Shown here piece by piece: positions 29,581 through 39,647 of a DNA stretch of 64,000 bases. Each line of letters starts with the position of its first letter. The first letter of the stretch is position 1. The notes beneath the pieces were generated by a model. The model was given only the letters and a program-made list of their open reading frames with translations, was not told where the DNA came from and did not search any database. Origin of the DNA: an uncultured delta proteobacterium (GTDB taxonomy: Bacteria; Desulfobacterota; Binatia; UBA9968); contig CAWDPO010000002.1 in assembly GCA_963804165.1 (NCBI GenBank), positions 64,001 through 128,000 of the forward strand, given 5' to 3'. Both the position numbers and the translations under genes were made by a program.

Positions 29581-30980
29581 CACTGCTGTCCAAAATAATC
29601 TGAGTTGGTCGACCCTCATCTCGTAAAATCAGACATTTAGGACAGGTCAAACCTTAGGTCGGCATTGAGGTTGTCCTTGCGCTGCTGTCCAACATTTCTA
29701 TCCTAAGAGCATCAACTGTTCGCCCTGGGGAAGCACGATCGGAATTTCAAACGGTGCATCGAGCCACGCCCATAAGTCACGGTAGCTCAACAAGTTAAAT
29801 CGCAGCATTGCAGCCAGATTGGACAGACTCCACGTCCAACTGGACTTGAGCAGCAAGTATTTGAGCAACAACATGGCGATCAATGCTGTCCAAATCTGCA
29901 CGTTCACGGCGTTCTCACTGGTTCCCACAAAGGTCTTAATCTTTAAGTTTTGTTTGAGCGCCTTGAAAAACAGTTCGATCTGCCAGCGATCTTTTATAGA
30001 TCGCCCCAATGGTGCTTGCCGCTAGGTGAAAAATATTGGTGAGAAAGACCAACTCCCTTTTGTGTTCGCTATCCCATACCACCACTTGGCGTAACCGGCT
30101 CGGGCAACGCTCTCGCGCATGCTCGCTCATCAACTGAATCGTTTCATCACGCTTTACATTCCCTCGCGTCGGCACCGTGCGCCGCTCGAGCACCTTGTAG
30201 ATCATGTTGGTTCTAGGGCGTGTCACAAAGTACACTTTGGCTGTCGTCCAGCGTTCATAAAGCGCGTAGTCGAGATACCCGCGGTCTACCACCACAATCG
30301 TGCCGGGAGCAAAATCGAGCCTCTGAGCAATCCGTACATCGTTGGTGTCCCCGTCGGTGACCAGTGCCCAACAAGGTAAACAACCCTGATGGTCTAACTG
30401 CAAATGCAATTTGATGGCCCCCTTGGTCCGTTGAAACCGCGCCCAGTCAAATACCTCAATGCACAGTTCAATGACCGAAGCGTCCAGGCTTCGCAGGGGA
30501 TGTTTGAAGCGGAAACGACGCCTTTTAGTGGTGGCCAACACTTGGCAGCTCTTGAGCAAATCTTCGAACACCGTCTGATAAAGCTGCCAAGGTCGATGAG
30601 TATTGGCGTAAGCCAGAGTCGAGCGAGTCGGGGCTTGGCGCAAACCCAAGTGCGCAAGCTTCCCCATCGCCGTCGCTAAACCCCCACAGATCTCCCGCAA
30701 AGAATTGGCTCCGCCCATCTGACAAAACAGCATCGCCACAAACTGCTCCCAGCAACTAAACCCTTTGGCTCCTCGCTCCGCTTGATGTTCCCTCACTGCT
30801 CGTCCAAACGCGCCCCGATCCACTAAAGATAACAATTGCGAAAAACAACTCGCTACGGCTATCATAGCGTTACCTCCGACTTGTGAGTAAGTGCGGCGCA
30901 GACACGCCGCCTGTGAGATTTGCTTCCCACTATCTTACTCCGGTCGGGGGTTTTTCAGAAAACTATCTTGGACAAGTGTG
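29581..30980 (-). mobile_element. IS4-family insertion sequence, 1400 bp
   Basis: Imperfect terminal IRs CACTGCTGTCCAAAATA (29581) and CACACTTGTCCAAGATA (reverse complement ending 30980); 9-bp direct repeat GGGGCCCTC at 29572-29580 and 30981-30989. Confidence 0.93.
29698..30865 (-). pseudogene. IS4 family DDE transposase (DUF4372 N-terminus) with a +1 frameshift
   Basis: FSCWEQFVAMLFCQ, RSTLAYAN, LDAS, KLH, DRGY; YKDRWQIELFFKALKQ split by an extra A in TATAAAAGAT near 29995. Confidence 0.9.
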
Positions 30981-31058
30981 GGGGCCCTCTCTTTTTCCCA
31001 ACCAACCCTCGACCCCGTCGGTGATCGTGTAAATTTCGCGGAGGCCTAAGTCGCCCAT
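30981..31058 (-). pseudogene. 5' part of IS-interrupted methyltransferase
   Basis: MGDLGLREIYTITDGVEGWLGKREGP joins in frame to YLYQLAR when the IS and one repeat copy are removed. Confidence 0.85.
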
Positions 31059-31093
31059 TTTAAACTCGCTGCATTGAGTGCCATCGATTTGGA

Positions 31094-31804
31094 TTACTTT
31101 GAAGCCTGCTCCGGCGCCCGCTTAACCCGGATGACGAATTGATACCCGAACAACTGTTTCCACATGCGCGTCAAGCCAAAATGAATTTCATGCAACGCGT
31201 TGAAGAGCGGCCGTCGAGTGAACGGTAGAATTAACTGGACGGGGACGGGAGTCGCTATCACTTCGATGACTCGGCAACCGCAGCCTTCCAACAGTTCAGC
31301 GACGGTACGAAGCGTGAAAAAGCGCAGGTGTGTTTTATCAAGGATTCCCCGTTCCGTGTAATCGAACCGCCCGGCCAATAAAGACAAGCGAATAAAAAGA
31401 TTGGCGACATTGGGAACCGAAACGACGGCCTCCCCGGTGCTTTTTAGCACCGGAAGCGCTCGGCGAAGAACCTCGGCTGGCCGCTTCAAATGTTCCAACG
31501 TATCGGCGAAAAGAACATAGTCAAATTCGTCGTTAAATGGAAAATCGAATTCTTCCACGTCAGTTAAATAAAATTGGTCATAATAGCGCCGCGCCTTTAC
31601 TGCGAGCGCCTCGTCGTTTTCAATTCCTACGACGTAATGTCCTCGGTCTTTCAGGATTGCCCCCAAATAACCGTCCGCGGTGCCGATATCTAGGATTCGG
31701 AGCGGTTGTTTGGCTTCGGACAGCAACTTGAGAATCCAATAGTGGCTATTATATTTGAAATCCTTCAGCTGGTAGCGTGGCCCGGCGCGCTCCGCTCGGA
31801 TCAT
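31094..31804 (-). CDS. Class I SAM-dependent methyltransferase
   Basis: ILDIGTADG, DTLEHL, SVPNVA, GILDKTHLRFFT; ATGA overlap with upstream GT2. Confidence 0.88.
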   Translation of the reverse strand: MIRAERAGPRYQLKDFKYNSHYWILKLLSEAKQPLRILDIGTADGYLGAILKDRGHYVVGIENDEALAVKARRYYDQFYLTDVEEFDFPFNDEFDYVLFADTLEHLKRPAEVLRRALPVLKSTGEAVVSVPNVANLFIRLSLLAGRFDYTERGILDKTHLRFFTLRTVAELLEGCGCRVIEVIATPVPVQLILPFTRRPLFNALHEIHFGLTRMWKQLFGYQFVIRVKRAPEQASK

Positions 31805-32577
31805 TCCGCTCTCCGATATCGGGCCGGGAAGCATTCGAATTGCCTCTGGTTAATCCACGACGAGCGATGGAGCTTATATCGGGCCAACAACCAAAGTATA
31901 CTCAGCCCATAGATTACGCTGGCGGAAAAACTCGCACTGGAGGCTTCCGCAAAATATCTCGTGGGTACCGGCACTTCTTTGACACGAAAACCAAGATGCA
32001 TCGCCTGCACGAGCATTTCCTGATCGAACACGAAATTGTCGGAATTGAGCAGAAACGGCACTTCTTCCAATACGCGACGGCTAAAAGCTCGATAACCGGT
32101 GTGGTATTCGGTAAGTTTGTTTCCCAGCACCCAGTTTTGTATTCCTGTTAGAAATCTATTGCCCATGAACTTCCACCACGGCATCCCTTGCTCGACCACA
32201 TTTCCCTGCATAAGGCGTGATCCCAAAACAACGTCCGCCTCCCCCGCTTTCAGAGGCGCGACCAAGTTAGGCAGCAAAGTCGGATCATATTGATAGTCGG
32301 GGTGCAACATGACGACGATGTCCGCGCCGGCCTTGAGCGCTTCGGTGTAGCAAGTTTTTTGATTGCCGCCATAGCCGTAGTTGCGCGCGTGGACAAAGAC
32401 TTCTAACTGTAGCTCCCTGGCGATCTGCAGCGTCTCGTCGCCACTGGCGTCATCGACGAGAATCATCTGATCGACATCTGCTTTGGGGATCGCATCGTAG
32501 GTCAGACGCAGGGTCTTGGCGGCATTGTATGCCGGCATGACAACGACGACTTTTGGTTTTTCAACGACTTCGATCAT
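31801..32577 (-). CDS. GT2 (DPM-synthase-like) polyprenol-phosphate glycosyltransferase
   Basis: VVMPAYNAAKTL, VDDAS, NYGYGGNQKTCY, MLHPDYQY, EYHTGYRA. Confidence 0.9.
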   Translation of the reverse strand: MIEVVEKPKVVVVMPAYNAAKTLRLTYDAIPKADVDQMILVDDASGDETLQIARELQLEVFVHARNYGYGGNQKTCYTEALKAGADIVVMLHPDYQYDPTLLPNLVAPLKAGEADVVLGSRLMQGNVVEQGMPWWKFMGNRFLTGIQNWVLGNKLTEYHTGYRAFSRRVLEEVPFLLNSDNFVFDQEMLVQAMHLGFRVKEVPVPTRYFAEASSASFSASVIYGLSILWLLARYKLHRSSWINQRQFECFPARYRRAE

Positions 32578-32586
32578 GACCCACTC

Positions 32587-34120
32587 TTACAGCACCTTGA
32601 ATAGCAGCATCTTGTTATCTCGCGTTCCGATGAACGTTTTCTCTAGAGCTAAACCGTACCGTTCAGGTCGTTTCGTAATCTCGGGGTAGGCTCTCTCAAG
32701 CGTTCTCGATTCTATGGCGAGATAATCCGCCGTCTGCTTTCGCAATTCGCTGCTCAACTCGGGTTGTTTGATTTGAGTAAGTGAAATGGTCCGGGCCGCC
32801 GCGTAGAAAGTGACTCTCTCGTCGAATACCGCGACTTTTAGAGCGCCCGCGTTGTTTTGCGGTTTCAGATACCATCCCGTTTCGCGAACGTAAGCCTTTT
32901 CACGGGACACCGGCCTCAACGTCTTTGGCAGGGTCGCAACGAGAAAGATAACAATTATGATTGCTGCCACACGCACACACTTCTCGGTGGAAAACGTCAC
33001 CCGCAATTTGTCCCAGGCATACATCATGCCTAGTGCCACCCATCCCAGTGAGATCGGCACGGCTTGCAAGGCATATCGTCGCTTTACATAAATGAGCGCA
33101 AATCCGAAGACGTAGAATAGCACAAAAACAATAAGTAACAGCTCCGGTTTTGTCCAAAGCTTGTTCCGGTAACCGACGAAAATGCCAACCAACAGGAACG
33201 GCACGTAGGAATAGTACAGGGCCGCGAAAAACACGCCCGCGGCGGGAATCATGTCCGAGGCCACCTGACTTAAATAGTGAATGGGATGACGGCGAATGTA
33301 ATCGTTAAACACAAACGAGCGAAGGCCGGCGTCTTGCTGGAGATCTCCCGCTTCGAACGCTCCTGACTCTTTCAAGTTAATCGCGAGAGTGATCCCCGCC
33401 TTGCGGCTGATGGCTCCGAAGCGCCCCGTCTCTTTGCTCAAGTAGGTGATATAAGGGAGCGAGAACAACAGGAAGCCCATACCCAGCAGTGCCAAAGAGG
33501 GCACCCATTGCGCGAAACTAGTTCGTCCGCGCAAAAACCAGCGGAACAACGAAAATACCGGAATGATCAACAAGAAACCGATTGCTTCGGGGCGCACCAA
33601 ATAGGCGTAACCAGCAACCACACCACCCCAAAATAAGCGCGCTTTGCGCCCTTGTTCAATGCCGGTAAGAAAGAGATAGAGAGCGACCGTGGAAAAGAAA
33701 ATATAGGTGTTTTCACTGCGCACGTGGACAGAATAGAGAGCCAGAAAAGGGCTGATAGCGGCAAGAAAACAAGCTAGGATCGAAATTTTCTTACCGAATA
33801 CATCGGTGAATATCCCATACAACGGAAGCAGTAACAAAACACCCAGAAGCAAAGACAAACCTTGCCCAGCCAACTCCCAGTCACCGAACAACGGATAAAT
33901 CGGGGGCAACGAGCAACGGATACCCAGGTGGATAAACCGAGGACATAGCGGCATTGAGGTCACCCCGGTAAAAGTCTTGCGCGGCTCGCAGGTAAACGAC
34001 TCCGTCCGAGCAGATGCAGTAATATTGCCACAACAGGTAGAGCCGAATGCCCGCGGCTACAGTTAAAGACGCTAAAAACCAATGTTTGGCATGACGCGGC
34101 ACAAAACGTGAGTTAACCAT
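32587..34120 (-). CDS. GT-C (PMT_2/ArnT-like) membrane glycosyltransferase, single frameshift near 33900
   Basis: ORFs 33881-34120 (IRL, SDGVVY, YPPGYP) and 32587-33963 (multiple TM helices, SE, RPE) join into one polytopic protein. Confidence 0.75.
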
Positions 34121-34988
34121 GACTTTCCGTTTTCAGAACGGATCGGCCGCGCAGCCGCCGCGCTCTCATCGACTCTAAACGCTTCGACTCTCTAAGCACA
34201 TTTTTAATCAGCTGGCGCCGCGCTTTTCGTCGCTCGAATGCCGTCCCCAGGTAGCATTTTAAAAACATCAATTTATCGGTCTGCCCTAGCTGTCGTCCCA
34301 GAGTTCGGTGTAGTTGGACGAGATTTTTGATCCGGCGTTTTTCACTTAATGGCATATAGCGTCTTACGCCCTCAAGGTCGAGTAGAACAAAACTGACGGG
34401 GTCTTCGGATGCGTCACTGGTCGCCAGAATATTCGCATCCTTAAGATCATTATGGTAAATACCTTGACCGTGAAGATTAAGAAATAGTTGTGCCAAACGC
34501 CTCAAGAAACCACGCCTTCGCGCAAATCCGTCGCGACCGCGTCGGTTCGCGAGCTCATCACGCCAATAAGCATTGATGGTCTTGCCGTTGACAATCTCTT
34601 CAGTAATGAAGAAGCTTTTAGTGATCGTGCCCCGCACGCGGGTTTCAACCGCTGCGATGGGTACCACAGTGGGAATATTTGCGGACTGAAGAATCGCTGC
34701 GCCCCGCAACGCGCGGAACGCGCCGGAACGCATAAACGGCGACGCAAGTTTATAACGCAAGGAAAACGCATTGTACCGCTTGATATAAACTGCATGCGGC
34801 ACTCCCGCAACATCCACGATCAAGCGCCCAACTTTGATCTTTTTTTCATCTTTTATAATTTCACACGGCGGACTGTTAAGAAGCTGATCCGCATCCGACA
34901 ATTGTTCAATAAAAGAGCGATCGGCAAGTCGCTCAGCGATCCAAATCGATGCACCTCTTCGCCTACGATGAATGAATTCAGGAAACAC
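34113..34988 (-). CDS. Lipopolysaccharide kinase (Kdo/WaaP/InaA family)
   Basis: YIKRY, HGQGIYHNDLKDANIL, LLDLE, NLVQL. Confidence 0.85.
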   Translation of the reverse strand: MFPEFIHRRRRGASIWIAERLADRSFIEQLSDADQLLNSPPCEIIKDEKKIKVGRLIVDVAGVPHAVYIKRYNAFSLRYKLASPFMRSGAFRALRGAAILQSANIPTVVPIAAVETRVRGTITKSFFITEEIVNGKTINAYWRDELANRRGRDGFARRRGFLRRLAQLFLNLHGQGIYHNDLKDANILATSDASEDPVSFVLLDLEGVRRYMPLSEKRRIKNLVQLHRTLGRQLGQTDKLMFLKCYLGTAFERRKARRQLIKNVLRESKRLESMRARRLRGRSVLKTESHG

Positions 34989-36132
34989 GGGGCAATGACG
35001 GCGTTCGGCAAGCTTCGCGCAAAACCGATTCAAGCTTTTGAAAATGATTGTCCCACGAGTATTCTTCGGCTAACCGGCGAGCCTCATTCGTCAACGCAGC
35101 GTCTTTCGATCTATTCACTAACGAAATGATTTTGCCTTCCAAATTCTTTGGTTCGTTGCACCTATCGACAATCCCTTCGACCAAAGTTCCCGTGAGGATT
35201 TCTGAAGCGCCGACATCGCGGCTGACAAGGACGGGCAAGCCGGTGGCGAGGCCTTCGAGAATCACATTACCGAACCCCTCCTGGAGCGAAAGCAAGATAA
35301 CGAGATCGGCGGCCGCAAAGTAATTCTCGATGTCCTGCTGGCGCCCGGTAAATACAATTCTACCCGGAGCCACTGATTCGCCCCATGCTTGATAACGAGC
35401 AATTTTGGCATCCGCACCGACAACCAATAGATAAACCTCCGCGAGTTTTTTGGAGTCCCAAAGGGAAATCACCCGGTCCAAGCCCTTGCGGCGAAACCCG
35501 CTCCCGGCAAAGAGCACGAGGGGCGCCTCCGGCGGAATCTTCCAGCGAACGCGAATCGACCGGCGAAATTCGTCCCGTCGGGCCGGATGAAACAAATGAT
35601 CGTCCACGCCGTTGTAAAGAACACTTATTTTTTCGCTCGCAACGCCGTAGTTCGACATGATGTCTCTCTTTACGAACTGCGACACGGCAATAATCTTCTT
35701 TAGCCGATGCGCATCAAACTGTCGTTTCTCTACCGCAAGCAGGCTCCGGTGGTAGCCGCTGATCGATTGCCAAAGACATCGCGCCGGGCCGCCTTCGGCC
35801 CCCATCCGAAGCAAAAACCCGCGATGCGTGGCGGCGCCGCAGCGTAGAATATCCGCCGCAAACAGCCGGCCGAAATTGACCACGACATCGCAGCAACTGT
35901 CGCGAATCGGTTTCTGCGCAGCCAGAGCAAAGCTCCACAATTCCGCCGTCCGACCCATTGGTACCACGGGCACCCTATGCGCGAGTGCGCCGCGCGGCAC
36001 CGCTACGCTATATTCATTGCAAAATAGATGCACCTCATGCCCGAGATCTCGCAGTCCTTCGGCGGTCTTGAAAAGATCCCTTTCAGTTCCCCCTCTTAAA
36101 TCGAGGCGTTTATGAACCAGCGCGATTTTCAC
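34978..36132 (-). CDS. GT4 glycosyltransferase (WaaG/RfaG-like)
   Basis: GGTERD, AVSQFVK, NGVD, GSGFRRKGL, EGFGNVILEG. Confidence 0.88.
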   Translation of the reverse strand: MKIALVHKRLDLRGGTERDLFKTAEGLRDLGHEVHLFCNEYSVAVPRGALAHRVPVVPMGRTAELWSFALAAQKPIRDSCCDVVVNFGRLFAADILRCGAATHRGFLLRMGAEGGPARCLWQSISGYHRSLLAVEKRQFDAHRLKKIIAVSQFVKRDIMSNYGVASEKISVLYNGVDDHLFHPARRDEFRRSIRVRWKIPPEAPLVLFAGSGFRRKGLDRVISLWDSKKLAEVYLLVVGADAKIARYQAWGESVAPGRIVFTGRQQDIENYFAAADLVILLSLQEGFGNVILEGLATGLPVLVSRDVGASEILTGTLVEGIVDRCNEPKNLEGKIISLVNRSKDAALTNEARRLAEEYSWDNHFQKLESVLREACRTPSLPRVS

Positions 36133-36862
36133 CGGCTGCAAGCGTCTTCCGGGCGACTCCGACGATATTATCCGATAACAGCAGAGCGGGATTGAAACAA
36201 AACGAGAGAATCTGCCAATTGTAACGTCGCTGCACCGGATCTTTTTCGGCACGAATTACTGCGATGAGACTGCAAACCCACATGAGGGGCCACAAGAGCA
36301 TCGCGGAAATTCGCGAGGCCATTTTGACCCGCGTCCTCTTCGATTCCTTGATCTCAAAACCGTAATGAAACAACAAATAATACAGCTCGTAAAAGTGCAG
36401 CAAGTAAATATTCGGCGCTTGGCCTGGCGTACTCGTGTAATGCGCCGGCCTAACCCGTCCGCGCAAGAATCCGGTAAACAAGAATCGTAGGCGAGAAAAC
36501 ACATTGAGGATGTTCGGCGTACTGATCAATAGCGCCCCGCCGGGTCGAAGAACCCGCGCGATCTCCCGGATCAGCTGTGGTTGATTTTCGATATGTTCGA
36601 TCACCTCGACAAGGTCCACCGCGTCAAAGCTTTCAGCGCGAAAAGGCAAGTAACGGTTGAGATCGACCCCGGCGACTCGCTCGATACCTCGCGGCATCAG
36701 CAGTGGGGCGCAATAGTCTGTGGCGACGACGGAATAACCGAGCTTAGCCAATAACTGCGCGGTATCACCATCGCCGCAACTTAAGTCCAGCATCTTCCTG
36801 CCACTACGGGCATTGTCGGACCACGCTGTCGCGACCGAAGTCAATATCGTCGAATTTGCCAT
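36110..36862 (-). CDS. Class I SAM-dependent methyltransferase
   Basis: LDLSCGDG, EVIEH, RVLRPGG.LLISTPN. Confidence 0.88.
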   Translation of the reverse strand: MANSTILTSVATAWSDNARSGRKMLDLSCGDGDTAQLLAKLGYSVVATDYCAPLLMPRGIERVAGVDLNRYLPFRAESFDAVDLVEVIEHIENQPQLIREIARVLRPGGALLISTPNILNVFSRLRFLFTGFLRGRVRPAHYTSTPGQAPNIYLLHFYELYYLLFHYGFEIKESKRTRVKMASRISAMLLWPLMWVCSLIAVIRAEKDPVQRRYNWQILSFCFNPALLLSDNIVGVARKTLAAGENRAGS

Positions 36863-36906
36863 CCGGGGTAGACGAACCTCAGTGAAACCGTTTCCGTGTT
36901 TATCGG

Positions 36907-37803
36907 TCACGATTCGCGGGAAATGTCCGAATTCCATTGCAGCAGTTTTCTGAAACTCACGGTTGGGTCAACACCGTCGCACTCATGGCGGCGTTTGCGT
37001 GTTTGATTTTCGATCCAACGCGCGAATTGACGATCGGAGCCCGACAGCCGTTCTCGACCCAAATAGGCACATAAAAACCGCACTCGATCGTGCAAAGTGA
37101 TACAGGGCAGTGGCATGCGATTAAGTTGAATCAGATTACGCTTCCATAAAAATCGCGGGAACCAGCGCGGATATCGACGGGTGCGATCGTTATCCATGAA
37201 ATACACTGTGAGTCCCCCGGGGGCGGCACTCGAGATAAATAGATTCGATGCCACCAGATCGCCATGGACGAAGCCGAGTCGGTGAAATTGCCGAAGCAGC
37301 TGCGCTATTGTGGTCACGCCGTTTTTTTTTATCGTCATTAATCCTTTACGGTCACCGTCGTTTGCCGACTGTGCCAAGAATAACGGCAACGAATATCCGT
37401 CCACTTTCGCGGTTAAAATAAACCCCCGTTGGACAAATCGAAATGAACGCAGTTCGCCGGCTGCGATCGTTTGCGGAACCTTGAACCCTGCGGCTGATAA
37501 AGCCAACCCTTGACGCCAGAAGCGAAACGGCTTCGACGAGCGAAAGAAGTCCTTAACGGCGCTACTTGCCGGTATGGAATGAAAGACTTTAAGGTAATAT
37601 TGATTTTTGCTTCCAGGCGTCGGCCAGTCGACTGCGAGAGTCTGAGGGTGCTTCGAGGGCGCTTGCTCGTTGACCAGACCCAGCACCCTCGTTTGTAATT
37701 CTCTACTCCATGCCTCCGGCAGGACAACCAGACGCCAGTCGCCGTCGCTGAGCGATTGATAATCAGCAGCGCGGTGCACCGTGAACCTGCTGCGTGCCAA
37801 CAC
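36907..37803 (-). CDS. Lipopolysaccharide kinase (Kdo/WaaP family)
   Basis: YYLKVF, HRLGFVHGDLVASN, FMDNDR, NLIQLN. Confidence 0.82.
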   Translation of the reverse strand: MLARSRFTVHRAADYQSLSDGDWRLVVLPEAWSRELQTRVLGLVNEQAPSKHPQTLAVDWPTPGSKNQYYLKVFHSIPASSAVKDFFRSSKPFRFWRQGLALSAAGFKVPQTIAAGELRSFRFVQRGFILTAKVDGYSLPLFLAQSANDGDRKGLMTIKKNGVTTIAQLLRQFHRLGFVHGDLVASNLFISSAAPGGLTVYFMDNDRTRRYPRWFPRFLWKRNLIQLNRMPLPCITLHDRVRFLCAYLGRERLSGSDRQFARWIENQTRKRRHECDGVDPTVSFRKLLQWNSDISRES

Positions 37804-38827
37804 TGCCGATCGCGAGGTCGATTTTATCAGCGATTTGTTCGGCTGAAATGGACTTCATACAAATACGCCCGATACTGCATCGTCTGCGATTACACGGCAC
37901 GCAGGGCGCATGTCCCTGGATCACCAAATTGCCAAAGCCGTACGGGCCCGTGCGTTGAGGGCTCGTCGCTCCCCAGAGCGAAATCACCGGAGTTCGCACG
38001 GCCGCGGCGATGTGCATTAGCCCGGTGTCCGGACCGACGGCCAGTTGAGCGTTATCGATTATCCCAATCGCTTCGCGAAGCGATGTGCGTCCTACCAGGT
38101 TGGTGACAACGACGCGTGCGTCGGCCGCCGCCTCCAGCGCTAACGCTTGATCTTCCTTGCCGCCGAGCAGAACGACATCGAGACGATAGTCGTCATGAAG
38201 CATTTCGGCGCATCGAGCCATTTGGACGGCAAACCATTTTTTACTATCCCAACGGGCGCCGACAAACACAGCGGCGAACGGCGGACGAACTCCGGAGAGA
38301 TGATGCTCGACGGAACTCCACTCGGCACCGGTGAGATGAAAATCCCATTCCAGCGGCGCGCGCGGTACGCCCAGATAGTCGGCAAATCGGAGATAATGTT
38401 CGAGCTTCGAAAACGTTTCACCATACGTGTCGATATGCAGGTTGTTATAAAGCCAATTCAATTCCTTGCTGTCGTGGCGGCCAAAACCTATACGCTGACC
38501 CGCACCGGACCACCAGCTGATAAAACCGCTCTTAAAATGCCGCTGCAGGTCGAGCACCAGATCAAATCGCTCGGCTCGAATTTGCGCGAGAAACCGTCCA
38601 AAGCTCTTCCACCATTGAGAGCGGTCGAAGACGATAATTTCATCGATGGCGGGATTCTCCTGAAGTAAAGGCAACGACGCCGGTTCGACTGACCACGCCA
38701 GAAAGGCGCGGGGAAATCCTTGACGCAACGAATCGGCCAGGGGCAAAGCCCGAGTCACATCCCCAATCGAGCCGTGCAGGATGATCAAAATCTTTTTGGG
38801 ATTAAACTTGGGCGTATTAGGTTGCAC
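37763..38827 (-). CDS. GT9 heptosyltransferase
   Basis: GSIGDV, DLQRHFKS, GPDTGLMHIAAA, LWGAT.P.RTGP. Confidence 0.9.
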   Translation of the reverse strand: MQPNTPKFNPKKILIILHGSIGDVTRALPLADSLRQGFPRAFLAWSVEPASLPLLQENPAIDEIIVFDRSQWWKSFGRFLAQIRAERFDLVLDLQRHFKSGFISWWSGAGQRIGFGRHDSKELNWLYNNLHIDTYGETFSKLEHYLRFADYLGVPRAPLEWDFHLTGAEWSSVEHHLSGVRPPFAAVFVGARWDSKKWFAVQMARCAEMLHDDYRLDVVLLGGKEDQALALEAAADARVVVTNLVGRTSLREAIGIIDNAQLAVGPDTGLMHIAAAVRTPVISLWGATSPQRTGPYGFGNLVIQGHAPCVPCNRRRCSIGRICMKSISAEQIADKIDLAIGSVGTQQVHGAPRC

Positions 38828-39647
38828 GGTAAAAGCTGAGAAACTCGCGCCAAGCCGACGGCGAAAATAACTTTAGTTCCGGATCGAGCCGACGGACGGA
38901 TCGCCATAGACGGGCGAGATTTTTGTTGGCCATGACCTCAGACAACTGGCCCAAGAAAAGCTTGGCCTTGTCATAGTCGATGATGTAGCATGCCACGCCG
39001 TGATCTTCGACGCGCAAAAGTATATTTTTCAGATTGAGATCGGCGTGATAAACCCCCTGACGGTGCATCAAACGAATGCTCTCGGCGGCCGCCTGCAGCG
39101 CGGCGTCCAGGCCCACGCGTTCGGTCATACCGCTCTGCAAGGCCGACCAAAGATCCTCCGCACCGGCCAATTGCTTCGTCACCAGCCACCCGCGGTAAAA
39201 AGGTCCGACCGAACGGCTCATATAGGCCGCGTATACTTCCACCGTCCGTAAGCCACGCCGGCGCAATTCCTCGGTGATCGCAAGTTCGCGAAAAGGCCGC
39301 GGCGGCCAGGTAAAAAACATTTCGCCCGTAATGCCGCGAAAAAAACCGCCGTGGCGGTACAGTCGAACAAGCGCGGTCTCTCCCGGCGGCAACTGAACCG
39401 CCTTCAAGACCCCGCGTCCCTGGTAGCGGCCCGCTTCTGTGATCGACGCGTGCTCGTTCGGGGATGTGAAAAATTCAATATGCGCGACCTGATCCTGACG
39501 GACAACCAGCCGACGGCCCTGCAAATCGACTATTCTTTTAAAGCCATCCGGAGTCGCCCCCCACCCTAGATTTTCGATCCATGCGCCGCGACTGACGGTT
39601 GCGCGCATTGGCCGAACGACCTCTTGCTGTTCGAGCTGGCGTTTCAA
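38817..39647 (-). CDS. Kdo kinase-like (KdkA/WaaP family) protein
   Basis: GRG, RLYRHGG, RPFREL, HRQGVYHADLNLKNIL, IDYDK, NLARLWRS. Confidence 0.85.
   Translation of the reverse strand: MKRQLEQQEVVRPMRATVSRGAWIENLGWGATPDGFKRIVDLQGRRLVVRQDQVAHIEFFTSPNEHASITEAGRYQGRGVLKAVQLPPGETALVRLYRHGGFFRGITGEMFFTWPPRPFRELAITEELRRRGLRTVEVYAAYMSRSVGPFYRGWLVTKQLAGAEDLWSALQSGMTERVGLDAALQAAAESIRLMHRQGVYHADLNLKNILLRVEDHGVACYIIDYDKAKLFLGQLSEVMANKNLARLWRSVRRLDPELKLFSPSAWREFLSFYRAT

Noticed and set aside
29990-30002. Programmed frameshift in the transposase
   Set aside because: IS4 transposases are single ORFs, the break is at the conserved Y-x2-R-x3-E motif, and it is one extra A in a short run; error or mutation is more likely
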